Shown: positions 62,001 to 64,000 of the stretch, in pieces | Layout of the letters: each line of letters begins with the position of its first letter | Position numbering within the stretch: the first letter of the stretch is position 1 | From: Rhynchobatus australiae | Taxonomy: Eukaryota | Length of the DNA stretch: 64,000 bases | Assembly (NCBI GenBank): GCA_034780895.1 | Contig: JAUZTB010000027.1 | Coordinates: forward strand, 19,425,324-19,489,323 | Reading direction: 5' to 3' | The notes under the pieces: generated by a model | The model's database searches: none | The model's input: only the letters and a program-made list of their open reading frames with translations | What the model was told of the DNA's origin: nothing | Position numbers and translations under genes: made by a program

Positions 62001-62137
62001 ATTTAGAAATCGAGAATTCTGATGCTGTTATATGGCACAATCAGAAGTTTATTGAACTGGATCAAGTGTGTCAATTCATAGCATTCTCAGAAACAAGCAA
62101 AATTAATTTCTAGAATATAATCTGAATCTCTGAGGCA

Positions 62138-62255
62138 TAAAAGGCTACAGACCAATTTCTGGTAAATAGGACTAGTACAGATGGGCACTGGATGGTTGGT
62201 ATGGCTAGGATGGGACAAAAGGCCCATTTCTGTGCTGTATGGCTTCATGACTCTA
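62138..62255 (+). mobile_element. CR1 3' UTR fragment
   Basis: ggatgggacaaaaggcccatttctgtgctgtatggcttcatgactct. Confidence 0.7.
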
Positions 62256-64000
62256 AAATAAAAGTTTCTCTTTATTAAAATTGTCAAACCTTGTGATTTT
62301 CTTAATTGAATCCTTCAGCATGATAAAAAATGTTGGCTCCAGATTTTCATGAAAAAAAGAAACTCGTCCCATTAACCTTGTCAAATGTAAAAAAAATATT
62401 ATTAATATATTGGGTTACAAATGCTTTTTCATCATTATGCATTTGGACAAAGCAAATACTTGACGAAGGTTGAGCTGAAGTTGGACCCAGATTCAAACCA
62501 AAGCACAAATAATCTTATGTGTGCAGTCACCTCCCTTAATCCTCTGTGGTGAAGTATTTGCATTTTACTTCAATAAACCCTAAAGTTACCCTATCATTAT
62601 TTGCATAGGCCACTGCCTCAAGCTTTTTCTATTCTATCAAGAAGTTGGACTTTGCAGGAGGATTGATACAGCTTTAAGAAAGCAAGACAAAATTTCGAGC
62701 TGTCAGTGTAGCTTACTACAGTATTACATCATTAGGATACAGTGGTTTACATATAGGTCAACTGCTGAATCAGCATTACATCAGCACATTGTAAACAACC
62801 CACAGCACGGAGTACAAATAAGCAGAAAGCTCTTAAATTGGGTAAAAAAGATTATAATTTACCAAAGCTGTTAGCATGAATTCTGAGAACAGTCAGTTGG
62901 CATTTCCATGGCTGTTGTGCTATTGTAGTTGAAGGAGCTGAGGGGTTGTAATTTGATCTTGTGGAAGGTGAGGTAGTTGGGCTGGGGTGGGAAGTGGGTG
63001 GTGGGGGGGTGGGGAGGTTGGAAATTTCTTAATTTTATTCACTGCAGAATGAGGCCCCTTTCTGTCCCCTCAGAAAAATTTCCTTTATGTAGGTGGTGGT
63101 GATGAAAGTAAATAGGCACCTCAAATTCTTAAAAATAAGAGTTTCTCCCATCCAAAAGCGTTGTCTTGAACCTTCAGAACTGTCCCCTTGAAAGCCTAGT
63201 TTAACTGGAATATGCCTGGAACCCAGCAATGCCAGACAATTTGATCTTAGTGGTTCTCAGGCTTCCTTGCACTGCATTTCAGTAATCTTCATCTGCTTCC
63301 AAGTGCTGTCAGCTGGAATAGTTGGCAAGCACTGATTAACATATGAGATCTCATCCTTGCCTTGAGAAGTGAATCTTCCATCACTGGGAATCAGTATTAT
63401 GGAGGAACGTAATTAGGATAAATCATACTACATGAAAACTAGATATCATGCTGGGGTGACAGGATAGTGCTATCAGATATGGTAATTTTGATTTGCATTT
63501 CTTATCAGTCTTCATGCGTTACTGTCACCTCTTTATCCTCTGGACATTATCTGCCAGCATTGGTATTCTCACAAACAAATAACAAGAGCAGAATTCATAA
63601 TGTTATTTGTTTTTATCAGTTTGCACTTTTGCTGTTGAATCCTTCATTGCAAATATCAGCAAATAGACAGATGTTTGAACAAGGTGCCTCCTAGATGGGG
63701 CAAGATCATATGAAAAGATAGTTACCTGGCAGACCATCCTGGACTTTTAGCAGATCACGAAGGTTACTTCTTGGCTGTCCTAAGTCAGCTGTCATCCATC
63801 AGAGATTTCCAACAACTTGGAGCTTATCATTCCAGAATCAATGCCATTTCATAAAATGGTTTATAGTTTGTGTTGTTTCCCTTAATGCAGTCAAAGTAGA
63901 CTGAAATGTTACATTTATATAATTTTATTTCTCCACTTGTGCTATTTGTGCCTTCACTCATTTTTCCACTGTGTGAAAGTTGTCACTTCGCCCAGGATGG

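Noticed and set aside
1-64000. Prokaryotic-type systems (CRISPR, operons, prophage) or an endogenous virus
   Set aside because: No repeat-spacer array, no gene-dense region and no viral protein motifs seen; the content is vertebrate repeats and non-coding DNA

Overview
AT-rich vertebrate non-coding DNA with many N gaps. The repeat content (CR1 LINEs, V-domain and Deu-domain tRNA SINEs, Penelope-derived repeats) points to a cartilaginous fish, probably a batoid; this is inferred from remembered repeat families. No intact host protein-coding gene, tRNA, rRNA or CRISPR array is supported. The only ORFs with recognisable homology are broken retrotransposon ORF2 pieces: CR1 at ~19.4-21.6 kb (+) and ~29.5-32 kb (-), a second LINE at ~34.9-36.2 kb, L2 at ~55.1-55.9 kb, and a Penelope GIY-YIG remnant at ~51.5-51.9 kb. 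The window looks like a large intron or regulatory desert with several TE-free, motif-dense candidate enhancers and a few candidate small + strand exons. The best lead is a compact module at 16.19-16.64 kb. It has nested candidate exons of 7, 67, 93 and 19 nt with mutually compatible phases, two donor sites each buried in an RNA stem, and a third ~70-nt hairpin downstream. Also notable are at least eight decayed minimal hammerhead-ribozyme cores in Penelope-derived repeats, an unclassified three-copy repeat, and a fold-back duplication inside a LINE. Repeat boundaries were read by eye and are approximate; the host gene was not identified.
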